From NCBI GenBank assembly GCA_013265495.1, contig MU058844.1, forward strand, positions 10,996,184 through 11,060,183: a DNA stretch of 64,000 bases, written 5' to 3'. Every line of letters starts with the position of its first letter. Position 1 is the stretch's first letter. The DNA is from Vicugna vicugna (taxonomy: Eukaryota). Below the pieces are notes generated by a model. That model did no database searches. It saw only the letters and a list, made by a program, of their open reading frames with translations, and was not told the DNA's origin. The position numbers were made by a program, and so were the translations under genes. Shown piece by piece: positions 14,821 through 26,960 of the stretch.

Positions 14821-17800
14821 CACAAGACTATGATCAACCTGTTTGTCCAAAAATTCCCATAAATACCTATCTTATGTTCCAACTAATCTTACATTCTTTC
14901 TATAGACTTTTTCCAATTAAATCTTCTATTTGCTTATATCAGATCAGCTAGAAAGTCAACTATGACAATCCACACTGCAATGGGTTTAAGTATTTGGCCA
15001 TCATTCCCCAAAGTATTTGATACTTGACACAAAGAATTGCCATTTGATGGACTTCACGTTAGGGCTGAATAATAATGGAAGTATGCTCCCTGCTTAGCCC
15101 ATTCTACCTTGAAACAGGAGAGAAAAAGCATCAGTAGATTTAACAACTTCCATTAATGTTCAATTCGGGAAACAGGGAGAAGTTGCGTGTGTAAGTACCA
15201 ACGAGAGAAATAATTACAGAGGAGGGTGGGAGGCTTCTGATAAGGCTACCACACTCAGCATTCCCTCACATCTCTGGGCGTTCTAGGAGGCAGCTTACGA
15301 CTATGGAGTTTACAAATAAGGAAACACATGAGATAACATCTAATATCACAGTGACATAGCGATGCCTAAGAGGCCAACTGAACCCAGCTTCTCAAGCTTA
15401 GTGACTCCTCTTACAGATGAGAGGATGGTTCCTTCAACCGTTTTAAAATACAAATACAATTTATTCCAAAGTTAGAGTCACAGAGGTAATGACAGTATAT
15501 TCCATTTTCCTTTTCAATGGGATGAATAGACCTGTATACCCAATATTCAGTGAAGATGTTAGAATTTGCTTTTGTTTTTGATAAAAAAAAAAAACAGCAA
15601 ACTAGTTCTTACATAGTGAGAGAATTAAAAAGATATATCTGTTTTCTTTTTTAAGTACTGAGGCAGTATGATTAATTAAGCGAAAATTATAAAAGGTTTC
15701 GTAAGTGTATAATTGCAGGCAGGAAACTTTACTTCTAAGTCTCCTTTATTGCATCTGTAAAATGAAGAATCTCGTCACTGTAAAAATCAAATAAGACAAT
15801 GTAATTTTTTTTTAAATACAGTGAGATACAACTAACACGAAAACAATGATTTCAACGTTATCATTGGAAGCACAAAACAGAAAAAAGAAACAAGGTGCCT
15901 AAATGAGCATCCCATTTGTTGGGATTTCTAAACGTTATTGTTCCACTGCGCGTCAATTAATTTTGTCCTAACAATTACCAGTAGGCTAGTCTTTACATGT
16001 AAGATCTTAAAAACATTCCACTCATGGCACACTCCATTTAAGGGTGCCAATGACATAAACAAAGAGACTGCTTTCTTATTTAACTGTATGTACGTTTTGT
16101 GAAACTGACCTAAAATGTATACAAACAAAGAATGAAATTCCTTGATTGTTGACAAAAAAGAAATTCAGCGGGTAGAGATTAGCATGGGCCCCAGAGCACT
16201 GAGCTCCCAATGAGTCTGTAGGACGATGATTCCTTAGTATATGAAGAAGAAAGAAAAAGGGAAGAGGACGGGAGGGAAAGAGGTGAGAAAGGAAGAAAAC
16301 GGCAGGGAAGGGGGAGAATGCAAGAGATTATATTACTCTCTTAGCTGGAGAGCTGAACAAATCTCTTCTACTCTGGCAGTGAATAGTAGCTTGCTTCAAT
16401 GCATATAGGTCTCAAAGTCCAGAAGTCCGAGAAATCACACTGTTGCTAAGCGTTCAATATATAAATGGTGAAATAGGTTCTCAAAGGTATGACAGCACTT
16501 GTCTCTTCCACTTTGTCCTGAAGGAGTTGGCTCTGTCCTATCATTAATATTCATTCTGTGGTATCTAGGATGGTTTGGTGCCCTGAGAGGATTAAAAAAA
16601 ACAACAATACAGAAACTGGCATAATAAGTATATTTTTTCTCCACAATTTGGAAGCAGGGCAGTTTTGGTCAATTTAGGAGTACGTTGGCTTTTTGTTGAA
16701 ATGTCACTTTCTTGAATTATCCAACTCAGCTATATCTCAAGGTGATTGGTGTTTTAAATTTAACATTATAATTTAATACGGAACACTAAAAATAGGTACC
16801 TTACTTGTAATGTCATGTTGTTAACTAAGCTTTTAATATAAGAATTTCCTGTACCCAGACAGATAAAACTCAAGCACTTTAAGGCATATAATGGCCTGGT
16901 TTATACATATTTAAATACAAAACTGTGGCCTTGGAGTCTGGACATTGGTTACAATAGGGCAGTGAAGTTATTCTATTTATAGAAGAGATTCTGGTGCTCT
17001 GGAAATGTGCTCTAATGCCCAGTGGTTCCCTTTATTCCTTCCTCACATCTGATAAAAATGCTGGGGATTAGGCAGGAAGCCAGCCTTGTGAGCCAGGATC
17101 TGGTAGACACTCCAAGTCAGAAACAGATTTGAGGCTTTGCTACCTTGTATTTCTCCTGAGAAACTGTGTCAACTTTTCTCCGTAATAAGCTTGCTAACTC
17201 AAAGCCTGCTCACCGGAGGAGTTCACTAGGCCTTAGGAACCTGCGTTACATCATCCATCCTCGTTTCAAAGGCCATTAAGTCAACTGTCTAAAAACGTAT
17301 TTGTTAATGATTTTCTTTTTCCTCAAAAATAAGCGGATTCCATACTTCATAGGTGAACAGGGACCTGATGACTGTTTATAATAGACAGAATACTGGGGGG
17401 TGGCTCATCATGAGGAAAAAAATACACACTTACTTGACTCTTTGTAAAGCCAACAATTCTAAGTTGACATCTTAGTGAGGGCTGCCTGCTGCTCTGATGC
17501 TATGTTGTTGTTTACACTTACAGTTACTTTCACAGAAAATTATGTGTGAAAAAAGATGAGTAATAATCCATCCTGAAAGCAACTGTAGGTGACTGTCCCA
17601 CAACAACATCTGGAGATTCTACAGAAGTACAAACCGGTTCTCCAGTATTAGCGATGATACGGACGAGATTATGTGAACAGTGAAGGAAGAATCATCAAAA
17701 CAAGACGCAGGTGGATTTTGGAAAAGTACAAAAGCCAATCTAAGGATGTGAAATGCTTTTTAATAATCACTGCAGCTTCATCCATTGGTGTTAATCAATT

Positions 17801-20800
17801 TTAAAAAGTTATACTGATGCCTGGTTTAACACCCTCACCTTGTGCTTGGATCACTTGTGAGTCATCCAGAGAAATTCCATGAAAGAAAAGCCATGTGATC
17901 AATTATCCTCAAGATCCAACATTGCATTTGACAAGTGTTAATAAGGAGTCTGGTAGGGCTGAGTATGTTTTGTCTGAGTATTTCCATGTGTGTTTGCCTT
18001 CATGCTAATGAAAATATGCCAATAAATCTTCAAGTAGCAATGACTAAATCCAATTAGTTGCTTCCCAGCTGGAGCAAGGTGGGCGTGGGGTGATGTGCCT
18101 GGAGGCTGGTGGGGAGAAGAAGTGGGCCTCGGGTCAAAACAGCAGGCTGTCCCCAGGAGGCCACACCCAGGGAACTCTCACCTGTGGTGTGACATGTGAT
18201 GTGGGTTTTGCCTGCTTTCCCTTCTGTTTGCTTGTGATGGAAAAGTTGTAGTCAGGGAGGGTGTGAAGGGACAGGAGGGCGGACAAGAGACAGTCCCTCT
18301 CATTTAAGCAACTGCAGTATAAGAATGTTTCACATTCAAGTCAGTCTCTAAATCTATTTCTGTTTAAGTGCCTCTGTGCATCTTACCCTTGATTACCTAG
18401 CTCAATGATTTAGAAAGAAAAAGAGAACATTTATCTCTTGCAGGAAACCACACACAACTCTTGTCACTTATATAACACCCTTTAGCAAAAAGAAGGCTTC
18501 ATTATATGAACCCTGAGCACTTTAGAATTGTAAGTCGAGCTACGTTTGACAAATAGAGGAACAACAGGTTTACTGGTTTTACTGGTTTAAGGCCAGATCC
18601 AGTTTCTGTTCCATACCCGGATTTCACTAACTGGCTATTTCCACCGAAATTCTCTCTTGATGGAGGCAAGTGGCTAATCGTCTTCGGCACAGTTTGGGGG
18701 CTGCAGTACTAGGACTGTAACCTAGAATGTTCAATGAAATGTTGTCTGTTGGGGCTGCTAGGAAATTTAGGAAACTATATCTTAACCCAATTATTTAGGA
18801 TACCGAATTACTTCACCAGATTCTTGTACTAGCCGAAAATGCCCAGTCTCATTCTATGTAGGAATTTTCCAGATCCTGTTATGTACAAACACCTATAAAA
18901 CAGAAAGTAGGTACTATCTTCAAAAGCTTTACAATTTTCCAGAGCTCCACGTAGGGGGTCCACGTAAGAAAATGACTCCCTGTGTGTATAAGTAGTATGT
19001 TTGACATACCGCATGTGAGACCAGTACACGCATGACCAGTATCTTTTCTCTGGATCGCCACGACAGTAGTAACCAAAAAAGATGAACTCTGACCTCCCCT
19101 CATTGACATGATTGGTAAATTATGGAAACCAGGTGCCACATCCCTTCCAAGCACTGAGTTTATTTGCAGAGACACAGCAAACCCAAAGAGAACCAGAATT
19201 AGTTCTAAACAATTAGAACTTGTGGTTTAGCTAAATATAAAAATCATAGAAATCACAGAAATAATTTTTTAATCTGCATTGCATTTTTCAAAGACAGGGA
19301 AGAAAATTCTAAGACTATTAGAAGTGTGTTATTTCTATTCTAATGTAGGTTTTAATTTGTTTTAGAACACTCTTAAATATTGTTTTTAAATTAAGAAAAC
19401 AGATATTTTAAAAGGAGACTTCGTGGCAAAAAGACATCATTATATTTGAAATTACAGAAATTGCATTCTCGGTGTTACTCTTTCTACGACATAGCAGTAT
19501 TTCTCATCGCATACTTCAAAATAAAAGTTTTCATTTCTTAATAATATGATAAGGGTTAAAGTTTTACTCATATATATAAGAAAGGACTGTGTCCTCTTAC
19601 TTTCCATAGATAGCATGACTGTATTTGTAATATTATTTAAAATATATTTATTTTCTTATACTAACATATGTGAGTAGAATAATGTTCACATGACTTGGTA
19701 CCACCATTTATCTTATAGTTAATAACACTCAAAAAGTGACAGAGAAGCTAAAGGAAAAACACTGTTTTCTTCAGACTGGAAAGTTTAAATTCCTGCTTTA
19801 AAAAACAGCCACCCTTAATAGAGAGGTTTTAATCAACTTTACAAAAATATTCTAAAAGAAACTGATCATTCCTAAAGGAATTATTAAAGACCTCAATCGA
19901 AACCCCTTTATCTGAAAAAGCAATGATCATCATGTCATTTACGTAAAAGATTAAGAACCAGTTTAGCTTTATGCAAATGTTGAAACACCTAATAAAACCT
20001 TAGAAAGACAGAAACTCTATCACGCCATTATGTCCAAAACACGTGAAAATACGATTTTAGTTTATTGATTACCTGTATATAAAAGTGCATCTTGTACAGA
20101 GTTTTTATTTTTATTCCCGAGTCATGTAAAAATCACTTCTTCTTTAAGCCATAGAAGGACCGTGTAAAGGGAAATATCTAGACCCCATTAATTTTGCCTC
20201 CGGGTATTCCTAGTCCTTTCAACCAAAGAAATATTAAAAGCATCCTCAAGGCATTGTCATCTTTGTTTGCATGGTACTTTTTACAGGAACACTCCCTAGT
20301 TTCAGCAGATTATACGCTACTTCCATTAGTCTCTAATTCTTTTGGAAAATGTTACGTAATTTTAAACACATATATTACACATATACATACACATGGATCA
20401 CACCTATGTACATATATGTATATCCTTAAATGGAAGTTGAAATTATTTATTTATTGTGCCATTTACTTTAAATCCGATTTAAATAGCTTTGATCAATTTC
20501 ATGTGACAAATTCAGCTAGAAAGCATTTTATATATTAAACTTTCAATATAGATGAATTTATGACAAGCAAATCATTAAGAAACATTTAAATCAAGTGTTT
20601 CAAGTATTTAATTTTAGAAAGCATTATTTTTTAGCAAAATGCTTGCAAAACCCACGCTTACGTTATTCTGTGACAGAAAGTCTAACTTTGGTCTTGGTTT
20701 TCTGTAATATGAGACCAAACTGGCTCCGTTACGTAATCAAACTGTTTATTTTTGCTTTCCCTTTCCCAAATCATTTCATCACAACCACTAGGAAAAGAAA

Positions 20801-23051
20801 TATCACGTTCCAATTTGGAATTAATGGTTTCTTTTCCTAGCTGTTTCACACCAAGTCCAAACTTTTCCCTTTCCTAAGGTAGTGGAGAAAAAAGTAAATA
20901 AAATCTTACTCCGTTCACATGGAAAGCAGTTGGTTTCCTTTTGGTCCGTCTTTTCACGTCTAAACTTGTTAACTCAGTTGTATACACATCAAGCAATTAA
21001 GTGACTGTCCTTTTGTCCTTGCAACCAAAAGGTGGCACCTCTAAAAATTTAAGTTAGCTTTCAACAGAAATACTACATTTAAAAGGAGGAAAAAAAAAAA
21101 AAGACTTTTAAATGTCAAAGCCCTAGAAAGAAGATCTTTTTTTAGGGACCCTAGGTAATTCTACTTAGATAGGAAAGATAAGTGTTTCAAATGGTAAATG
21201 GTTTAGAAAGTAACATAGATTACTTTGATGGTAAATGAAACCAGCTCCTCTCTAGGTCAGTAGATAAACTTATCCACTAAAGATATCTGGTTAAAAAAAA
21301 AAAAAAAAAACAACTTTCTGGGATGCATAGATTAATGTGGAGCATCAGGCAGAGCTGAGAAAGACAGGTCCCTTTTCTTATCCCAAACGAACCTGTGAAA
21401 ACAAAATGTAAGGCTTGCGATTTCCCCCAGTAAATCAAAGGAAAATTTTTTCTCGACAGTAACATCTGCTCACTTCTCTGCACTCATCTAGGACCCACTT
21501 GGAATGCTTTCCCATTACACGCAACTAGGCACTTCTCTTTACCTCTGCCCATCTCACAGGAATCACTTAGCTGCCTCTGATGAATAATAGGAAAGGAAAG
21601 CTTATGTTGTTGATGATGAAATTAGAAATTTCTGAAGCTGCCGTCAACGTTCTGTCCATCAAGTACCTTTACTGGACCTATCGTACAGCCACCCAGGGCA
21701 CATAGTTGTCTTGATATCTTTCTCTTTTTTATAAAAAGACATGAGGACAAAAACATTTTCCCCTGTAAGATTTTTTTCTAAATTGAGGCTCTCTTCCTAT
21801 CATTACGTTCTAAACTTTATTCCAGTACAAGAGTATTCTTGACCCACTGAGCTTCCATGAGCCTTCTAAATGGAGTACTGAAATTGTATGAACATCATGT
21901 TTACATCTGTTAAAGATCCTTATTTAAAGAAAACAAGGCAAGAATCTGATATCCAGGCAATAAACTGCAAATACTAGAAAGGTAGAATGAAATCACCATT
22001 CATACATAAATGTAGCTTTAACACAAAAGTTAAGTGCTTGCTTTGTGTCACCAAAGGGTTAATATTCAAGAAAGTCAAAATCAACATGTACACAAAACTA
22101 ACTAGATTAGCTTTCTCCAAGTAGAAATCCTAGCCTCCTGGTAATACCGGTGTCACTTACAAATGTTTTGAAACTTTACAGTTTTTGCCCCTCTCTCCCC
22201 AAAATATAAAGGCCATATCAGAGATCCTCAGGAAAGTAATAATGTTTTTAATTTTTTTTTCTCTTCTTGAGAAACCCCTCAAAGTTCAGACATCACCACT
22301 GATGGACAATACCAAACAGTCAGCCCCACAGGACAGATGGAAACAGAAAAAGTCAGATGGCGGCACTTAGAAGCAACAGCAATTAAGCAGTTGAAAGTGG
22401 GTTGGGCCGGTGGTTTATTTTTGGTCCATAAGAACGACTCAAGTGAGAGACACGGCCCCTCGTAAGCAGGAGATCAAGTCAAACTTGACGCTTCCCCGTG
22501 CTGACAGCCCGGGCTGCACTGCTTGTCTACTTCCTTTATTCAGTTTAATTGCTTTGTGTACTCTAATTTTTGCAGAGATTGTATTCTATCTTGTTCTTTT
22601 TCCCCTGGGCAGAAAGAAATCTTTCTCCTTTCTTCACTACTCCCACCCCTCTTTCCTCGGAGAAAAGACAATTCTCTCCAGGAGGAGAAAGAAACCCTGT
22701 GCGTGCTCTGGATGGGAGGAGGGCGAAGATGAGAGACTGAGAAAGGGGTGGGGGGAGGTGAAGGATTGAGACTGGGGGTGGGGGACTGAGGAGAGGGAAG
22801 GAGAGAAGGAAAGATGGGGGATGCTCAACATCAACTCCAGGCTCTGAATCACGGGCGCTGTGCAAAGTGCTTCTCCAGGAGATGCACATGTGGTCTTATT
22901 ATAGTGCTCACAATAGGCCACCCGGGGCTCCCTCCCCAGGTCTCAGGCTCCCACCAACAAAACCCAAGTGTACCGAGAACAAGACCCTACAGACGGATTC
23001 AAGCGAACAGGCACCGCTGAGGTGGCTGTGCCGCCAGTCCCGCTGCCTTAC

Positions 23052-23470
23052 CTGGAGGGAAGACCAGGAGGTGGTGCCGGGCTCCGTCCCCTACAGCTTT
23101 CCCCGCGCGGACCGGTACGAGGCACACGCGTCCTCTCGCTGCCTCTGCTCTTGGAGGGGCAGCCTGCAACACAAAAGGGGTGTGTGGGTGTGGGTGTGTG
23201 GGAGGTTTTCCAGGGCCACCAGCTGGTCCCAGCTGGCCGCCCCCACCCTACACACACCCCTTCGGGGCGCTGAGCCCCGTTCTCAGCTGAGCACCACCCT
23301 GAAGGAGCTTGCCCTGGGTGTAGCCTCAAGTTGCCTGCTGCCAAGTGCTGCTGCTGCTGCCGCCGCTGCAGAAGGAGGTGGAAAGACACTGGGGGCAGTA
23401 CTCGGTCTAGAGCATCCCCACACTGCAGCTTCTCCAGGAATCCCTCCAGTGAGGAGGCGGCCGCCCATCA
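23052..23470 (-). other. SYT1: Non-coding first exon (5'UTR), probably SYT1 exon 1; 5' boundary (TSS) approximate
   Basis: Lies in the CpG island just downstream of CCAAT boxes. Ends in the strong donor CCAG|GTAAGG (exon end 23052). No ATG on the minus strand over 23052-23400. The sequence ...CCCCTTTTGTGTTGCAGGCTGCCCCTCCAAGAGC...CCCGGCACCACCTCC...CCCTCCAG matches my recollection of the human SYT1 5'UTR. No search was run. Confidence 0.7.
23347..23370. repeat. Short interrupted (GCT/GCC)n trinucleotide tract in the 5'UTR
   Basis: tgctgctgctgctgccgccgctgc. Confidence 0.8.
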
Positions 23471-23490
23471 TCTCCCAGCCCCGGCCTCCT

Positions 23491-23531
23491 GATTGGTTCC
23501 ACCTCGGGTACGCTGCGCGGAGGAACCAATC
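23491..23531. promoter_or_regulatory. Two inverted CCAAT (NF-Y-type) boxes
   Basis: ATTGG at 23492-23496 (AACCAATCAG on the minus strand) and CCAAT at 23526-23530 (AACCAATCCG on the plus strand), just upstream of the exon. Confidence 0.7.
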
Positions 23532-26500
23532 CGGGCGCACTAATAATAGGTGGATCCGCTCAGCCAACATCGTCCATCCCAGTTCTGTTAGTGTCTCTCC
23601 ATCCCCACAGCGGACAGGGACCTAAGGAGGGGGGCTGAGGAGGGTTGGGGGAGGGGAGTGAACTAAGAGGGGAACAGATCCCAAGGAGAGGCAATCAAGG
23701 GCATCCGGTAAACCCTCTGGGTAGTCGCCGGAATGCCCTGCAACCTGTTCTGCGAGCCATAAGCACGGGAGAGGGAGACAGCATAATACAAAGCAATTTC
23801 TTTCTTTCTTCTTTTTTTTAAACTTTCAATCAAAACCTGACCCTATACTGAGCATGCCCAGACTGCAACGGCTCCCTAGGAGTTCCGATGTGTGTGGGTT
23901 TGCAGGCTGGGGGTTTTTGAAAACGTGGGAGAGGGGAAGCAGAGGAAGAAGTTTGTCTTTGGCCATTTGACCCGGTGGAGTTGTGAAAGCAGAGCAGGGC
24001 GGGGATATGAAAGGATTCCACACGAGCGTCCTCAAACTGAGCCACAGGAAGGTGGCCTTCTGGGCCACCGGAGGCTGACAGTATTATTGTCTGGGTTCTG
24101 GGGTGGAAGAGGGGGTAGAATAATCTAAGCCTTGTTAGATGCCCGGAGACTTTTCTTGAAGGGTGCAGTGGGTCAGAGATGCAGGGGACGCTCCCTCCCG
24201 TAGGTGGGGCCAGGGAGCGCGACTCCACCCAGCAGCGGGGGGCTGCCAGGCAGCGGAGAGCGGAGAGCGCATTGGGAGTTTCCACTGCAGCGACCAGTAA
24301 GTTTGTAGACTTGGGTCGAGCGCGATATTGTTGGGGATGCAGTTTCTGCCGGCCCCCTCCCCCACCACCCTCCACCCTTTGCCAGCGCAGTGACGACTAA
24401 AGCGTGGGTTCCCTCCCTCCTTCCTCTCTTTTCCCTGAACGATTCTGCTCGGAAGTAAGAAGCTTTTCCCTTGTCAAAGCGGTGCTGACCTGATTGTCTC
24501 TAAGCTCTGGGGCAATTTATAGCTTGGTAATACCGAGAGATACCGAGCTGGGAGGTTCAGCGAGTGGGGGAAGGGACAGCGAGCTGGGCGAGGGGCGGAG
24601 CGGAACCTGGCGCCGGGTGGGAGCAGGTCCATTCTCTGCTCCACAGGTGAAAGGCTTTCAAAATGCAGAGAAGTATGGTCCCTTTCTCACTCACTGACCT
24701 TGTTTAACGGCCTTTGAACCTCTGGTTTGTTTCGCTTAGAAATCCTAGCAGTTGCGTAAACTTGATCAATAGCTACAAATGAGAACTCTCCTAATCGTGT
24801 TCTTTATTTTACTGAGAAGACCATCACAGCATCTCAGTTAAGGAAATAAATAGCTATGTCAATTCCCCAAACCCATCCACTTTGAACCGGAGTTTCATTA
24901 ACATTGGTTTGCAAAGGTGACTGTATCGAGAATTCAATTAACAGTAACACATTTCTTTAAGTTTTAATTAAATCTCTCCAATTTATATAATGTTTAAGAT
25001 CCTTATTCTAAGTATAGGGGGAAAGAGGACAACCTGATAAAAAGTAATCCTTTTCATGATAAATAACCTGTGTGTTCTACAAAACTGTATCTCTATGTAA
25101 ATATGTATCTTCCATTTAAAAATTATTCCTTAAATCTTATTTTAGAACAATTTCATAGTTGGAGAAAGCTAATAGATGTTATTTTAAAATCAACTTTAAG
25201 TATTTGATGGAGAACAAAAAAGGATGAGGAGGAGGAGCAAAAGAACAATCAACCACCTGTCTAATATTGTTTGCCATTAAGTATCTTCATTAAGAGAGGA
25301 TCATTATTCGCCTAAAAGATATCTTGAATCTAAAAATACTCCTGATATAATCTCTAGATTCCAATAATTAAAAGCTGCATGCTTTCAAAAGCTACATCCA
25401 ACAGCTGCTTGTAGAAACAGGTAAACTCATTTTAGAAGAAATTATTAAGAACAATATTATTCCATGTTAGTTATCTCTGTTCCAGACTCTGCTCCTATCA
25501 TCAGTATTTCAGCCAACTTCTCTTCCTGTCCACCTTACATCCTTCTCAATAAGCAGCTCTCAGTGGTCAGAATTCTAGACAACATGAATGGTGGTAGATA
25601 TTTGTATCCCAAAGTTCCTTGTGGGAGATTGCGAGCTAACGTAAGAAATGGGTTTTGCATATATATTGTGCTTAACTTTAGAATTAAGAGCATTTCTGAT
25701 CGTGAATATTAAGAAGACTCTACTTACACACTGTATATAGATACACTGTAGTTTGTGCAGAATTAAGATTTTTATTCTCTCCCCTAATCTTACATTCTCC
25801 CCAAGCTCAGAGAATGAACTAAAGACATCTATCTGGGTTGAATATCATGCTGTTCTGTTGCTGAGAGTAGATACCACCTCTTTGCCTCTATAGTAGACTC
25901 ACCTCCATTCAAGGAAAGACCAGGTCAATTGTCTTTTGTCTTTATCCCATTTCTCAGGTACTTTTAAAGTCTAAAATCTCTATGTCTTATGCTACTGACT
26001 TTGAACTCATCTCCTGATTATATGGTAGTTTTAAACAATTATTTGCTATTTTCAGAACTGTTTTTATCTATTCTATTCAGTGTTTTGCTTCAAAAACCCA
26101 TTTTGTTCATTTTTCTTCACATTTTTGCTCTGAGATCTCGTCACCATTTTCTTTTTCAATGGATTAATCTATTTACTACCTTAATGTTCTCTTTGCCATC
26201 TATTTTAGGCTACAGGCTCAGAATAGAAATTAAATTGGATTGGGGCACTTAGGAGAAAAGTGTGTCTTATGGCAAGAGTGGGAATTAGAGACTTTAGAAA
26301 CCAGAAATTCATTAAGTGCAAACTTAGTCAAGGTTTTCTATAGACCACAGAAGGAGTACGGAAAGAATACATGAGAGAGGTACCAAGAAAATTCTCCACG
26401 TTGGTGTAAAGGCTTGATGACTGGTACTGAAGAGTTCCATTTAGTCAACACTCTGATATGTCATTAAACTTGATATCTATAATAACCACACCAGTTGTCT

Positions 26501-26729
26501 GGCGAAATCTACTCATAGGTATCATTATTCAGGGTTGTGAAGAAAAAGAAAAGATAACCAATTTTTCTATATTTTGCCTGAAGAGATTTTTACTTTGTTT
26601 ATATAGATTCATGTCTCATTATTCATTTTATTTTGTATCTATATATTTTCTGCCATTGCCTTTCAAGATACAGCCTCCTCACCCCCTCCTCTCTAGGACA
26701 GATGATTGACTGATTGTTTTCTGGAGCAA

Positions 26730-26960
26730 ATCTTTGGATAGAATTCCTGCTTCAACACTAATTGTCTATTTGATCTTGAGAAATGTACAAAACTCCTCCG
26801 AGCCCCAGTTTTCTCATCTGTGATACATACATAAGACCACAACATGTATCTTTAGGTTTTGCTGTGATGGTTAAGTAATGCAGTGTATATGAAGAACCAG
26901 TTCCAAGTACCTAGCAAGGACTTAATGATATTAACCATTATTATTATTTTATCATTATCA
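26730..26960 (+). mobile_element. MIR SINE
   Basis: gagccccagttttctcatctgtga core and an attattattatt tail. Confidence 0.8.

Larger units (their letters stand above)
1..23051 (-). other. SYT1: Proximal part of intron 1 of the minus-strand gene (continues beyond the window start)
   Basis: Begins with GTAAGG at 23051. No convincing coding exon seen in 23 kb, consistent with the very long 5'UTR introns known for SYT1. Confidence 0.6.
22850..24650. promoter_or_regulatory. CpG island / promoter region
   Basis: Sharp rise in GC and CpG content against an AT-rich background. GC boxes at 23996-24004 and 24592-24600, CCAAT boxes, and a kB-like GGGAGTTTCC at 24274-24283. Confidence 0.92.

Noticed and set aside
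22867..23625. 252-aa plus-strand ORF and other overlapping ORFs in the CpG island (e.g. 23830-24375 minus, 181 aa)
   Set aside because: GC-rich DNA has few stop codons, many starts are non-ATG, and ORFs appear in several frames with no recognisable domain. The poly-Ala/Gln stretches come from the UTR triplet tract.
22319..24490. RE1/NRSE-like half sites (tcagccccacaggacag at about 22320, tgagcacc at 23288, ggtgctga at 24481)
   Set aside because: None has both halves at canonical spacing, so a REST site cannot be supported.
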